NCBI RefSeq assembly: GCF_032062105.1
Contig: NW_026920581.1
Coordinates: forward strand, 1,426,001 to 1,490,000
Reading direction: 5' to 3'
DNA length: 64,000 nucleotides
DNA from: Saccostrea cucullata
Lineage: Eukaryota
The translations under genes and the position numbers were made by a program. Under the pieces are notes generated by a model. The model was not told the origin of the DNA and searched no databases. It worked only from the letters and a program-made list of their open reading frames with translations. Positions 42,101 to 55,186 of the stretch are shown here, piece after piece; the stretch's first letter is position 1; every line of letters starts with the position of its first letter.

Positions 42101-44469
42101 GTTTTAATCCACTGGGTTTGTCTATACCATAGACAAAACCAGGGACATTAGCAACTGGTACCACGTACTAGCACTACCTATTCAGACTGTGACTTGAGTG
42201 CATCCACAATGTGCACACCTCTCTCGATGGGCCATGCTCACCATATTCAACTGAAAATACATCACCAACAATCAGACAATACAATAAACTTACTATTCTA
42301 CTATGCTGAAAATACAACATCATTAACAATCAGAAAATAAAATAAACTTACCATCTTTCAATTGGGTACTGCTGACAAGTATACTTCAATCGGTGTTGTT
42401 TCTTGTCTTCTATCACAGCCAACATGGAGTACAAGTCATAGTCTGAAGTTTTATAAATAAGTGCCTCAAATCAGTTTTTTAATCCACTGGGTTTATCTAT
42501 GGCATAGACAAAACCAGGGACATTAGCAACTGGTACCACGTACTAGCACTACCTATTCAGACTGTGACTTGAGTGCATTCACAATGTGCACACCTCTCTC
42601 TGTGGGCCATGCTCCTCATATTCAACTGAAAATACAACATCACTAACAATCAGACAATATAATAAACTTCCAATTGATGATTTGAGTACTGTTGGGAAGT
42701 ATGGGGATAACCAGTGACATTATTAGCTGTTACGTGTTTTGTTTTTGTTATCCACGCAATGGGAAATATCTTATTTTTTAAATGCACTTTTAACTATCTA
42801 AACATTTTTAATTTTCATTTCAGCAGTGATTTTTAAACCCAATAATTTCATTGTATGTTACTATAAAATAAAAATTCACATTTGACTAGTAGATTGCGTG
42901 TTATAAACGAAAAACAGATCAAGAAATATTCTAGAGAGTAACGGGTATGTTTTTTCGAATGAGGTGAAGTTTTGGTATTTGGTCTTATTTCATGACAATG
43001 CATTCAGACTGTTCTGAAAACTAGTTTTCTTTATAGTTACAATTGTTACGATAATTGTATTTTTATGCTTTCTAGCGTTACTTTGTGTTAAAAGTTATTT
43101 CAAAATAAGATGAACATTGACATAAATTTGATAAAATGCTTTAATTAAGATCACCATACCTGTTGTTCTCGTTTGTATTTCTTTTTTAACCCCTCCTTCC
43201 CTCCGTTCACCCAAAGCCTTCGCGGCTTACAACTCGAGTGAAGTCATGGTAACAGCATCCGGGTTATTTCCACAAGTAACGTTCGGAGCGGAAACTGTGT
43301 AAAAATCCGGAATTTTAAGAGATGTTTTAGTTCATGTCTCAAATTAAAGTGTATTTAAAAAATAATAATGATAATCAATTAAATACAAATTTAAGCAACT
43401 GATTAATATTCAATATCTTTGTGTTATAAAGGGCAAGTACATGAAATGTAGGTTGAAAGAGTAGAAGAAACTGATAATAGTTCAGCATGTTGTTCAATCA
43501 ATATTCATCTTACTTTACATACAGTTTTGTCCAAGCTGATGTATAGTAAATCTGTTTTTTGACTCACTTATCTTCCTTTTTATGCGTGAAAATTATGCCC
43601 GACCAGCATAACTACTGAACATGTATCATGCATCTCTCTGTGCAGTGTTGTTGATAATCAATGAATTATAACAAATAAAGGGTTTTTATTTTCATTTCGT
43701 AAAATAAAATACATTTACAAATGAAGTTTACCCCAACACCAAACATGTTTGTATGAACCAAACCTGTCTGGTTGCTTTCTGCCTTGTATATTTTGCTATT
43801 TCTGTCTCTGCAGGAGTTACACCGTCCGCACACTTTCGCGCTCCATAACTCTTTGTTGACACAGAATCTACTTCCTTGGTAACCGATTCTCATTCGGAAC
43901 ATCCTCTGTCGTTTTCCTATGAAAGTGACCAATATTTCCGAGTGTTTCCTTCATAGACGAGTTATGCCCCTTTCTTTGATTTTTTTTATTGGCGAAAATT
44001 ACACAAATCACCTCTAAACAGTGACGCATAAAACTTGAATCTTCATCCAAGGATACTTTGTGGTAAGTTTAGTGGAAAATGGCCCAGTGGTTTTTTGTAG
44101 ACTGACAGACAGACAGCTAAACAGACAGCTTTCAATAAATGTAGATCTATTTTACGTGGTAAGGTACCATACATGATACAATGAGATTTATTTTGATCAT
44201 CAAGAATTTGTTATCATCAGAGACCTTAATCTCAGCGAGATTCGTAGGGACTAAAATTTTGGTCTAGCGTCCACACACCAGACCAAAATTTAAGTCCCTT
44301 ACACAGTCCTAAAGTTTAAGTTTTAGTACCTGTACATACATATGCTTCCTTGTCAGCGAGTTTTATAAACACATTCTTTAAAAAACAAATTATAACAAGC
44401 AATTATGCCGGGGGGGGGGGGGGGGGGGCTTTTCGAGTTAGTTAGAGGTCAAGTTATCAACTACCTGTC

Positions 44470-44482
44470 AAGCCGGAAGTCA
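44470..44482 (+). promoter_or_regulatory. ETS-like CCGGAAGT motif in the putative PIGP promoter
   Basis: AGCCGGAAGTCA lies ~110 bp upstream of the PIGP ATG. Confidence 0.4.
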
Positions 44483-44587
44483 ACAACGTATGTGAGCGAA
44501 CAGACTAAACACTAAACAGAACAAATTAAGCATTTAAAAATTTAGATGCAGACGTTTGAATTAAAGAAGGACAGTTAAATTAATTTA

Positions 44588-47500
44588 ATGGTTGCCAAAA
44601 GGAAGGATAGGCAGAATAAAGAATCCAGATCACCGCCTTCACCAATACATGTACCAGAAAGAGCAACCTATGGATTCGTTTCCTATTTGTTATGCTACAT
44701 TTCATTTGGTGTGTGGGTTTAATTATTGCTTAAGTTATCTGCATTAAGGACACTCACTGTTATCCATAACGTACCCTAAATTTATATAACTTAAAGGAAA
44801 TGCAGTTTTATACTGTAATTGCAACAGGCGGTTTAACTAGGGTGGTTCTACTTGCACAAGTACTTCTACTTGCATAAATATAATCCATTTGAAGAAAAAA
44901 AATCATATATCAGCATGATGGGAGGGGGGATTCATTTATAGAAAAACATAAATGACAAAATGTAAACCACTTTAAAGGATATCACTGGATATGACCCTGT
45001 ATCTATTTCTTTTTTCTGTATTGTTATTATTTTCAATGTAATCAATTTTCATCAGTGAACTTTTGAACATTGAAAAAGTTCAAGCAGTCTAGCATTATAA
45101 TGGACATATGCACTAAAAATGTTTAAAGCTATATGTGGCATACCTGAGCATCCACATTACTATAATTATATTGACTTTAAACTGTGTCTGCTATTTAAAT
45201 TACAATTAAGTCGGAAATAAATCCATTATTGTTTTAAATCCGTGATATCTATGAAACACAATTGATTTAAACTGTGTTATTTACAGGAAAGTATTATAAG
45301 TCTTATTTTTTTTTTTATAAAGAAACAAAACAAATCATAGGCGTTTGAACAAAATGTCTATTGTAGTATTTGTATAATTTGCTTTAAAGTGCTAAAAATT
45401 GGGATTTTCCTATATAATCCTATAGTAAATGTACCTGTATTTTGAGACGGTCCCTCAAAAATACCTGGATGGTAGATTTCCCCCAAACTTTGCATGTACT
45501 CTGAAGTTAATGTAAGCTATATATGATATAAAAATGAAGAGTTTCGCTATTGTAGTTTTCATACAATAAAACTATAGTCGGCCCCCTTAAGTCGGAAATA
45601 AAATTATAAATCCATTATAATTGTTTTAAATCCATGATATCTATGAAACATAATTGATTTAAATTGTGTTATTTACAGGAAAGTCTTATTTTTTTAATAA
45701 AGAAACAAAACAAATAGAAAGATCTTTCTAATTAGTCTGAACTTATCAAAAATACACCATATGTGACTTAAAATTTCAAGACAGTACTCAACCACTAGAC
45801 AAGAGGAATGAGACCTCGTAAATGTTACTCTCTAGTTACATGTACTGTTGTCTTCTAGTAAAGATGCAAAATCTCAGAGATTTATATGTGATTACAATTC
45901 TCTTATTTTTATGACCCATTTTTATGTTTTAAACAAATGTTTAGCACTGTTATTAAAGCAGGGAGACTTAAATGCAAATTAAATGTAAAAGCTGTTTCTG
46001 TTATCCTCTATTCTGCAGGTATCTTTTTGATTTGGGCTTACACTCCTTACTCTTATCTGGAATGGATTGGTCTTACCTACTGGCCTAGCAAGTAAGTCAC
46101 AACTCGGTCTTGTTTTTCTTTCTTAAAATGTATTTATAAATAACAAGACAATAAGTGAAAAAGTTGTGTTTTGAATTATCTAATGATTTTCAAATCTGTT
46201 ATATATATAAAACCAAATTTGGTAGATGTATTTTAAATTTTTTTTTTTCTAAAAATCCACTTGTCCTTGCATTTAAAGATTATATTCTACTTAGACATTA
46301 CTAAAGGCTAAATGCAATTTTAAAAGACCACTTCAATATGTAATGCTTGTAGGTTTTTAGCTGTTGCCATCCCGCCTTTCCTCTGTGTCTTATTCCTGGG
46401 TAGCTTTGTATTCTATGAAGGCCTAATCTTTACCAATACGGCACCAGTGGATTCTCCCAGTACTGTCTCGGGTAAGAATCATTACGTTTTACCCCAAGTA
46501 CACAGGCACTTGTTGCGGAAATAATTTTTTTAACCCACAGTATTATACTATGGGTTTAAAAAATTATTTCCCAAAGAAGTGCCTGTACATTGTACCCCAG
46601 TACTAAAGGTAACGAATATGAATACAAAATCTAACAAAGAAACATTATGCTTAGTAGGGGTGTGCAATATTACCAATTTCTCAGTTTATTGCAATATTAA
46701 GGTCAGACGACACGTTCCTCAAAAATATATAATTTTCCCTCAGAATTTGTCAATGACGAATAGGTACTTGAACAGGATTCCTCACAAAAAATTAGGGTAC
46801 CTTACCAGGCATTTGGACAAGATACCGCAGGGTCATATTTCTTATATAAACCTTATAGGTAATCTTCTGAATGGCCTATATCACAATTTTTGGTGTACTT
46901 ATATTTAAAAACATTTAGAAAATAATGTAGAAATGAGAAGAGAATGACAAATGTGACTAAATTTTGATTTAATACCAAGAGATACAAAACACATATTTGA
47001 GGAACGTGTCGTCTGACCTTAAATCCAACGAAAATATATGACAGTATTTTTTCAATACTGCATGATTTTGTCAATATGCTATCCAAAAGTATTACATAAA
47101 TGCTAAATCTTGGAAGCACTGAAGTTATGGCCCTTGTAAAAATCAGAGGCAGAAACTTTTTGTATTCATTGGCTGATAATGAAAGAATTGTAAAATATTA
47201 TACATTTATTGCATGATAGTGAGGGAAATATGAAGACTTATTCAGCCAAGAAAATCATATTCCCCGAGGGCTTCGCCCGAGGGGAATATGATATTTTTGG
47301 CTGAATAAGTCTTCATGTTTCCCGAACATTCTGACAAAGAATTGTTTATTATACCGAAACAAGCGAAACCTTTGAAATAAACGTAAACTTTCAAATTCGG
47401 CACCTCTCTCAGATTCACTTTCATTTTTTACGTAAAGTTACTATTAAACCCTTTGTTTAACACATTATCATCAATTTTGTGACGTAAACCAGGCTATTGT

Positions 47501-47830
47501 GACGTCTACTTCTTTCGGGAGTTTTCGTTCAATGAACGAAAAATATATTGCGGGAAAATACACTAGGTGTTCCGAAGAGGTGGAATATGATGAAAAGTGT
47601 GCCAACGGCCAGGAAATATGAAGTTTTACGGCCCGATCACGTGATAACTTAGAACCAATCAGATAATGCGTTGTTTAGAATATTTATAATGAGGTATAAT
47701 AATAATACATGTTCTCTCTTTGATTTCAGATTCAAAGAAGGTGGATTACAAACATTTGCCAAAAGATGCTATTACTCCAATAGAAGAGTTATCAATATGT
47801 GATGTGAATAAGGCATTATATGGAACATGA
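44588..47830 (+). CDS. PIGP: GPI-GlcNAc transferase subunit P, 137 aa; exons 44588-44708, 46019-46091, 46353-46471, 47730-47830
   Basis: Spliced product ...SPPSPIHVPERATYGFVSYLL...LIWAYTPYSYLEWIGLTYWPSKFLAVAIP...AITPIEELSICDVNKALY matches the PIG-P pattern (PSPxPERAxYGF, GLTYWPxKYWAVAxP, I(S)EVN). GT-AG joins are in frame. Confidence 0.92.
46701..47018. mobile_element. Kolobok-like MITE (TTAA TSD) in PIGP intron 3
   Basis: TTAA|GGTCAGACGACACGTTCCTCAAA ... TTTGAGGAACGTGTCGTCTGACC|TTAA. Confidence 0.9.
47196..47701. mobile_element. Non-autonomous element with a long internal palindrome (possibly Crypton-like)
   Basis: ATTATAC ... GTATAAT termini and a ~100-bp hairpin at 47223-47323 centred on GGGCTTCGCCC. 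Confidence 0.55.
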
Positions 47831-48350
47831 TTCAATATGTTAAGCTCTGACAGTGATTTGAAGCTATCCTACTGCTAATGGAAACCTACATTCCTAAAAG
47901 TTCAGGGGTTAATTAAACTTGATATATGCAGTTGCAAATATAAGGAAACATCTTAAAGACCAATATAAAGATTACTATGTATAATCTTTATTCTCTCTTT
48001 GATCTCTCATAGATCTGAAAAAGGAACATCTCTTTTGTTAAAAGTATTGAAAGCTTGCATTTTTGTCAATATCAGAAAAGTTTATATTAGGGATAATATT
48101 GTTCTCCTGATAGTTAAACAATCAACAATTACAATTACCACTAAATGAAAATTTCATTCAAAAAATATGTTTCAAAATCAGATAAATAGACAAATTTTAT
48201 TGGAAGCAAGCCTGCATGGTTTTAGTTTTTTCATATGAGATTTTCACATGGAAAATGATGTACGTTTTCCTTTTTCTTGATCAACAGGGGATACTGCTAT
48301 TTCTTGTTGACTTTTGTTGACTTAGATTCAAAATGTTACATGTGTAATTA

Positions 48351-48381
<31 letters not shown>

Positions 48382-48714
48382 GAAAAAAAAGAAAAAGAAC
48401 TATCTTTATCTGTTAATAAAAATTTATTTAAAATCGGCATGTTTTATTACATTTTTATTGCATAGCATCCAAATGCCTCAAATACTGGCATAGGTTTCAT
48501 AAGCAGACAGTGTTTTTCTTATAAAAGCATTTCCTGTCTTAAAAAATTTTTTTAAAAATAAAGCAGGTTTTAAAAATGCATATAAATAATTGATAAATAA
48601 TCTGTGTATACATAATCTGTAAAAGTCTAAATGATCTGATGTATTAACCTCCAGTGAGAATAATATACCCCATGTCCATACAGCATTTCTGATGCTGCCT
48701 TCTGTTCCTGATGG

Positions 48715-51700
48715 TTAAATGGATTGCTGTAAATGTAGAAAAAAAGGCATTATTTATAAATAATTTCAAAGTAGCTGCAGATTTGTAGCTATCTGTAAAA
48801 ATTTGAATTGACAACCTACAGTGCCATCCAATGAAAAAGTGATTATTTATTGCACACAAAAATGTCATGATTTAGCAAGATACAACCTGCATATAATTTC
48901 AAAGAAGTCTTGCATTAAACAAATGTTCATAATATGTTTGTATCAAAACATTGCATTTAATATTATACAGGTTCTGTTGATAGGGTAGTTAGTCTTAGAT
49001 TCAAAGAATTTTCAGAAGCTAAGTGAGTTAAATAAGTGAGCTCACCGGTAAGACTCTCCCTTTTGTTTCAATTGGTAAAAGAATTGCACAGAGAGCAGCC
49101 AGTGTTCCCAGAGAGCCATACACCCATACGGCAGATGACAAGGACTTGTCTAATAAAACCTATATACAGTATATAAATAAATACATGTATATATGGTCAT
49201 TTTATGATGTGGTCCACAGAATTATCCGACAGAAATACATTTTTAGAGAAAAGGGTTTTCAGTGTAATTTAAGCAGCACTTGGTCCAACACTCTTTCTCA
49301 AAAAAGAAAGTAATCAAGTTATTATCAGCTCACCTGAGCTTAAAGTGTATCAATTTTCTGATCATATTTTGCTTGGTGTTTGTCAGTCTGTCTGTCCATC
49401 TGTTATCATTTCATTTTTTTTTTTTAAATTCTTCTATTGAACCACAGGGCTAATTTCACCAACTCTATTTACTACAAAACAACCTTGGGTGAAGTGGATT
49501 CAAGAGAAAGCCACTCTCTCTTCAAAGGGGAGATAATTAAGAATTAGTGACAATTTAATGGCGCCATTTAAAAATCTTCTCCAGAAGCATTGGGCCAGAA
49601 AAGATGTAATTTATATGTAAGCCCAAGCACACCTTAAAGCTTAGCCTATACAACACAGATATACATTAATTATTCAATATATATGTGGGAAAAATTGTGG
49701 CTTTGATCAGCTTATGATATGATCAGACCATTGCTAACTTATGTGACTTACTTGAGCAATGAATGGTGTCAACATGGCTCCAACTCGAGCCCAGGCAGAA
49801 GCTGTTCCTATTCCTAATGTTCTTATAGTTGTAGGGTATACCTGAAATTTATCCAAACAATTAAACAGGGTAGAGCATGCATTCTGTGTCAAATACACCA
49901 ATGTGGTAATTAGCACTAAGGTACAAATAGAATTGAAGACTGATCGTGACACAGCTAGGTCACAGAAAAAGATTGATAAGGAAACCCTTAGATACTTTGC
50001 ATGAGATACAATAAAATAATGTTTATCTCATTGACATGTATAATTTCAAATGAAATAAAATGTAATTTACCTCTGCTGTGTAAATATAAACAAAATTAAA
50101 TAATCCTTGAGAGAATCCTCGCACCATAAACATGATGACTGTTAGTAAACTTTTTGGCATGTGGATCTGTAGAAGGATGAAAAAGAGGGCCATTCCAAAA
50201 CTGTTTACAGCCCCTGTGTATCGCCTGCCAATTCTGTCTATAAGTGACAGATTCAAGGGAAGTGCTGAAGGTAAAAGTAAATAATTATTTCATTTAAAAT
50301 CAGTGTTTATACATGTGGATAACAAAATCACATTCAGAGGTCCATAAACCACTCTCTTTTATAAAATGCTATATCCCCGACCCATTTTTCTCTTCAATCA
50401 ACCCCAACTCTTAATATTCAGAATGTAGATTTAGCATTATATTGTCAATTTTACACACCAGTCACAGTTTTGTGTTTAAAATATATTTATTTCACTTTGA
50501 AAAGAAAAGCCATTAAACATGTAAAGCTCATTCCGATTAAACTGAATACAATTACTTACCTATAAATTCTCCAAAGGTTGATAATAGCATGGTTATGTAG
50601 TCATCTGAATTCAGGAGGTTACATTTACAGTTCTCTACATCTAAAAAAGGATTTCATTCAGGTATTTAGCAGTAGTTTGTCCATTTGCTGATTATTCACA
50701 ATACAAGAGGCCCACGGGCCTTATAGGTCACCTGAGTATCATGTAACAACTTTCCAGCAACTGAATTTGTTTCGTTTTTTAAACCAAAAGCCATGAAATT
50801 CACAATTTTGAAAGAGGCACCATTGCTTATCATAACTTTACACTTTGCTTGCTTACTTTGATTACTTTATACTCAGAGGTAGATCAGAATAACAAAGAGA
50901 AAATGCACTTCCACTTTATAACTAGTTGTGCACACCACCCCAAAGGAACCACTGACCCTGGGGCCACATATTTCCAAATTCTGGAAATTTTATCATAAAT
51001 TGTATTTCATCATAAATGATGTATTAATACCAAAGAGCAGATTTCAAAGCATTAATTTATTTTCAGACTATGTACCCCACCACCACCCCCTCTCGATACC
51101 ACTGAACCAGGAGGCATGAAATTAACCATTTTGCTAGATGCACATTTCTTCATCAAAATTATATATACTTGGTTCATTGGCATAATACCCAGGAGCAAAG
51201 GAAAAAATTTTCAAAGAATTAATGTATTTCTATTATATAATTAAAAGAGCCCCCCCTCCTACACCAAATGGAAAAACCTCGGACACAGGGGCCATGAAAT
51301 TCACGGTTGAGGCACTCTTGCTCATTATAGATATATATACTAAATTAGTTTTTTTTAATACCCAGGAGCAGAGAAGAAGATTTTCAAAGAATTAATGCAT
51401 TTTCACTATATAATATAAAATATAGTAATACAGGTTGGTTATTTTCCGCAGTTTTCAATTATACAATGCTGAAAATATCACACATGTATGTTGAATGTAT
51501 TTTATAACACCTTCTGTTTATTTCCACTTTTAGTAGGTACTACTCAACTCTAAAATGCTTTTAAAATTGTCCTGTTAAGAAATAAAATTTTGCTTGTTCC
51601 CCTTGACCCATAGATGCTGTATACCAAATTTGGATGAAATTGGTTCCGTGGTTTCAGAGAAGAAGCTGAAAATGTTCAAATGTTAACACACAACACACAA

Positions 51701-51730
51701 CGCACGACGAACGATGACGGACGAAAATGG

Positions 51731-51766
<36 letters not shown>

Positions 51767-54279
51767 GAAAAAACAACCACTGAATTTCATTTTTTCAAAT
51801 CATTCTCACATCAGTAAATTGCATGCAGTTACGTATAATATAAAGATGGAAAAACTGACAATTCATATGATACACATGGATAAATTTTTGATGATGTTGA
51901 TCAATTAACAATGTATACCCTTTGTATCTCCCTTTGTATTATGGACTTGAAGAATCTCAGCACTAGCTAGCACCATTCCGTAGTAGGAGAAGGCAGTAAC
52001 AAACCACATCAACCACATTTGTATCGTAGTGCGACGGTATTCTGGTGACATGAGATCAAAGAAATTCCCCCTAGTTCCCTGTTGATAAAATCAGATTGAT
52101 CATAGTTATAATCCCAAACTGTGGGCTTGTTTGAATAATCATCAATGTCTGTTTTTGAGGTTGGCATGCAACTGTCATAAAATTATATATAAAAAGTCAA
52201 TTTTTTCTCACTGTCTGAATTCAACTCATATGAATTTCCATTTTCCAAACTTGGAATGGATTATCAATAACAATTAACATATCAGATGAGGAGTAAATAC
52301 GAAAAGTCTGCAAGTATTAAAGCACTATGCAAGTCCATCTTTTTAGTAATGAGGGAAAATTTAGCAGAAGATTTTATCACTTCTTCTTGATTAATATGAA
52401 CAAGGTACTGAATTGAAATGTAATGATGCAAAAGATTAAGATCAATTTACATACAAAAATTACAGAATAAACAATCCTTACAACATGTGATGCTGTGAGT
52501 CCTCCTTTGGGAAGTTTTGACTTGTTTAATTTGGCCGCTTTCTGAAGAATACTAAGTGCTTTCTCTTTTTCACCGGCAGCAACTAGGTATCTGGCTGATT
52601 CTGGAAGGAGCTGGAAAAAAGGCTTGCTTGTGAAATAAAATATCTAACCTATACTCAAAACTATGAAATTTGAGCCAATCTTGTGATCTAATCTTGCAAG
52701 CAAATATTTCTCATCATGAACCATTTCTATCATTGTGTATAAATGAAGAATGTTTCCTCAGTATCAGCAATTTTTGCAATTGGATTTCAAACTGACAATC
52801 ACAAAAAATTACATTGTGACCAATAATATTTATAGTAACTTAATTTGTAAATAGAAACTTGTTAATTGTTTTTCGTCATTATACCTACCTTAATTAAGAC
52901 ACAGATGAGAAAAGAAGGAAGTGCTGAGAGAGCTAAAAGCCACCTCCACCCTAGTGCTGGAATGACTATGGAGGCTAGGGAAATTTCAAAGACAGTGCCG
53001 AATGCCCATGCAACCTTAAAATAAAAACAAATAAATACATTCCCCAGCTGAAACTAATGGCATTCAATTAAAAGTTTATTGTAAATATTGTAAATGATTA
53101 GCCTTAAACATTTTCCTGTTAGGAAATTACAATACTGGATGCAAATTTTCTTTCCAGATTTGATATTGAAATGCGAAAAGGATTTTACATCAACAAATGA
53201 TTACATTAATACATCAACTGTATATTATTTAAAGTTGAAATGCATAACAAGAGGCCCAGGGGCCACAGCACTCACCTGAGCACATCAGCTAGGAAAAAGG
53301 ACATATCATGATTTGGACGAACAAGAATCTACACTACCTGAGGATAATTCTACATAAATATTACTAATCATGGCTTTGAAGTACTTGAAAAGAAAATTTT
53401 AAAAGGTTTCCCTATATATTCCTATGAGAATTAATTTTTGGTTGTCCATTTTGGCCCCACCCTACCCCGGGGGTCATGATTTGAACAAACTTAAATCTAC
53501 ACTACCTGAGGATAATTTCACATGAGTTTCATTTTTCCTGTCTCAATGGTTCTAGAGAAGAATTTTTTAAAAAGATTTTTCCTATATACTCCTAGGTAAA
53601 ACTTTGATCGGCCATTTTGGCCCCACCCTACCCTAGGGGGTCATGATTTGAACAAACTTGAATCTACACTACCTGAGGATGATTCCACATGAGTTTCATC
53701 TTTCCTGGCCCTGTGGTTCTTGAGAAGAAGATTTTTAAAGATTTTTCCTATATACTCCTATGTAAAACTTCGATCGGCCATTTTGGCCCCACCCTACCCT
53801 AGGGGGTCATGATTTGAACAAATTTGAATCTACACTATCTGAGGATGATTCCACATGAGTTTCATCTTTCCTGGCCCAGTGGTTCTTGAGAAGAAAATTT
53901 TTCCTATATACTCCTATGTAAAACTTTGATCGGCCATTTTGGCCCAACCCTACCCCTGGGGGTCATGATTTGAACAAACTTGAATCTACACTATCTGAGG
54001 ATGATTCCACATGAGTTTCATCTTTCCTGGCCCTGTGGTTCTTGAAAAGAAGATTTTTTTAAAGATTTTTCCTATATACTCCTATGTAAAACTTTGATCG
54101 GCCATTTTGGCCCCACCCTACCCCCGGGGGTCATGATTTGAACAATTTGAATCTACACTATCTGAGGATGATTCCATATGAGTTTCATCTTTCCTGGTCC
54201 AGTCGTTCTTGAGAAGAAGATTTTTTAAAAATGGCATTAATTTTTCTCAAATTCATAATTATCTCCCCTTGGAAAAGGG

Positions 54280-54310
<31 letters not shown>

Positions 54311-54327
54311 TCTTACTCAAGGATACT

Positions 54328-54367
<40 letters not shown>

Positions 54368-54423
54368 GAAGAAGATGAAAATGTGAAAAGTTTATGACGA
54401 CAACGACAACGACGACAGACAAT

Positions 54424-54480
<57 letters not shown>

Positions 54481-55148
54481 AACAAGACACTATTGAGTGC
54501 GTCAGTAGCATACAGGGAAATGCATGCTAAAAGTGCAAGTCACAGAGGATTCAAAAATAAAAAAAAAAGCTGCAGCCTACATTCTAGCAAAGAGGGAGTA
54601 AGGCAGCTAAGAAAGGGCCTGCTAGTATGACACTCATTACAATGCTTAACTACCTACCTTTGTACACTGACACAGTATTAAAGTCATTGAAATATCCAGT
54701 TTTTGAAGAAATCCATTAGATTTAAAGACCACACTCACTTTTTCAGCCTCTATGGTTAAAAGTGAGATCAAATTAAAGCATGCTCACATAAACCAAAAGA
54801 TTTTTTTTTATAAAAGATGAAAGTGTAAACATGTTTTCATATGTGACAACAGTCCTCCTATCCTTGGGATTTGGGCACTAAAAACTATCATGCTTCCTAA
54901 ACATGGTACAGTGAAATAAATTTTGCCATTATAACCAATAAATAGCTCCTCTTCTCAGCCCTAAGGATACAGGCACCACACACCATAATACTAGTCTAGT
55001 ACAGTTTTGTAAAAACCAAGCTTATTAGACTAACAGTTCCTAAAGAAGTTTTGGTATCAATCATATTTTTTTGTAATGGAAGGGTTGACATTACTACACT
55101 TTTAAATGGGAAAGCCCTTCTTCACAGGAGAGAAGAAACCATATCAAA

Positions 55149-55186
<38 letters not shown>

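Larger units (their letters stand above)
24687..42702. repeat. Tandem satellite-like array, ~377-bp monomer, roughly 35-36 copies, interrupted by three insertions
   Basis: TTCAGACT(G/C)TGA recurs at 25191, 25572, 25947, 26248 (short unit), 26625, 27005, 27383, 27758 and onward. Each monomer holds a duplicated ~57-bp CTGAAAATACAACAT...AAACTTAC subrepeat. Confidence 0.97.

Noticed and set aside
24687-42702. Hammerhead-ribozyme retrozyme array (monomer size is similar to animal retrozymes)
   Set aside because: No consistent CUGANGA...GAAA core on either strand. CTGAAGA appears only in a few variant copies; the consensus is CTGAAGT.
24687-42702. CRISPR-like array or a tandem-domain protein gene
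   Set aside because: Eukaryotic context, whole monomers repeat with no unique spacers, and the putative exon has stops in all frames. The short ORFs in the track are chance readings.
48354-48398. Poly(A) tail of a retrocopy
   Set aside because: No TSD or upstream processed sequence; most likely a simple A-rich tract between the convergent PIGP and SVOPL 3' ends.
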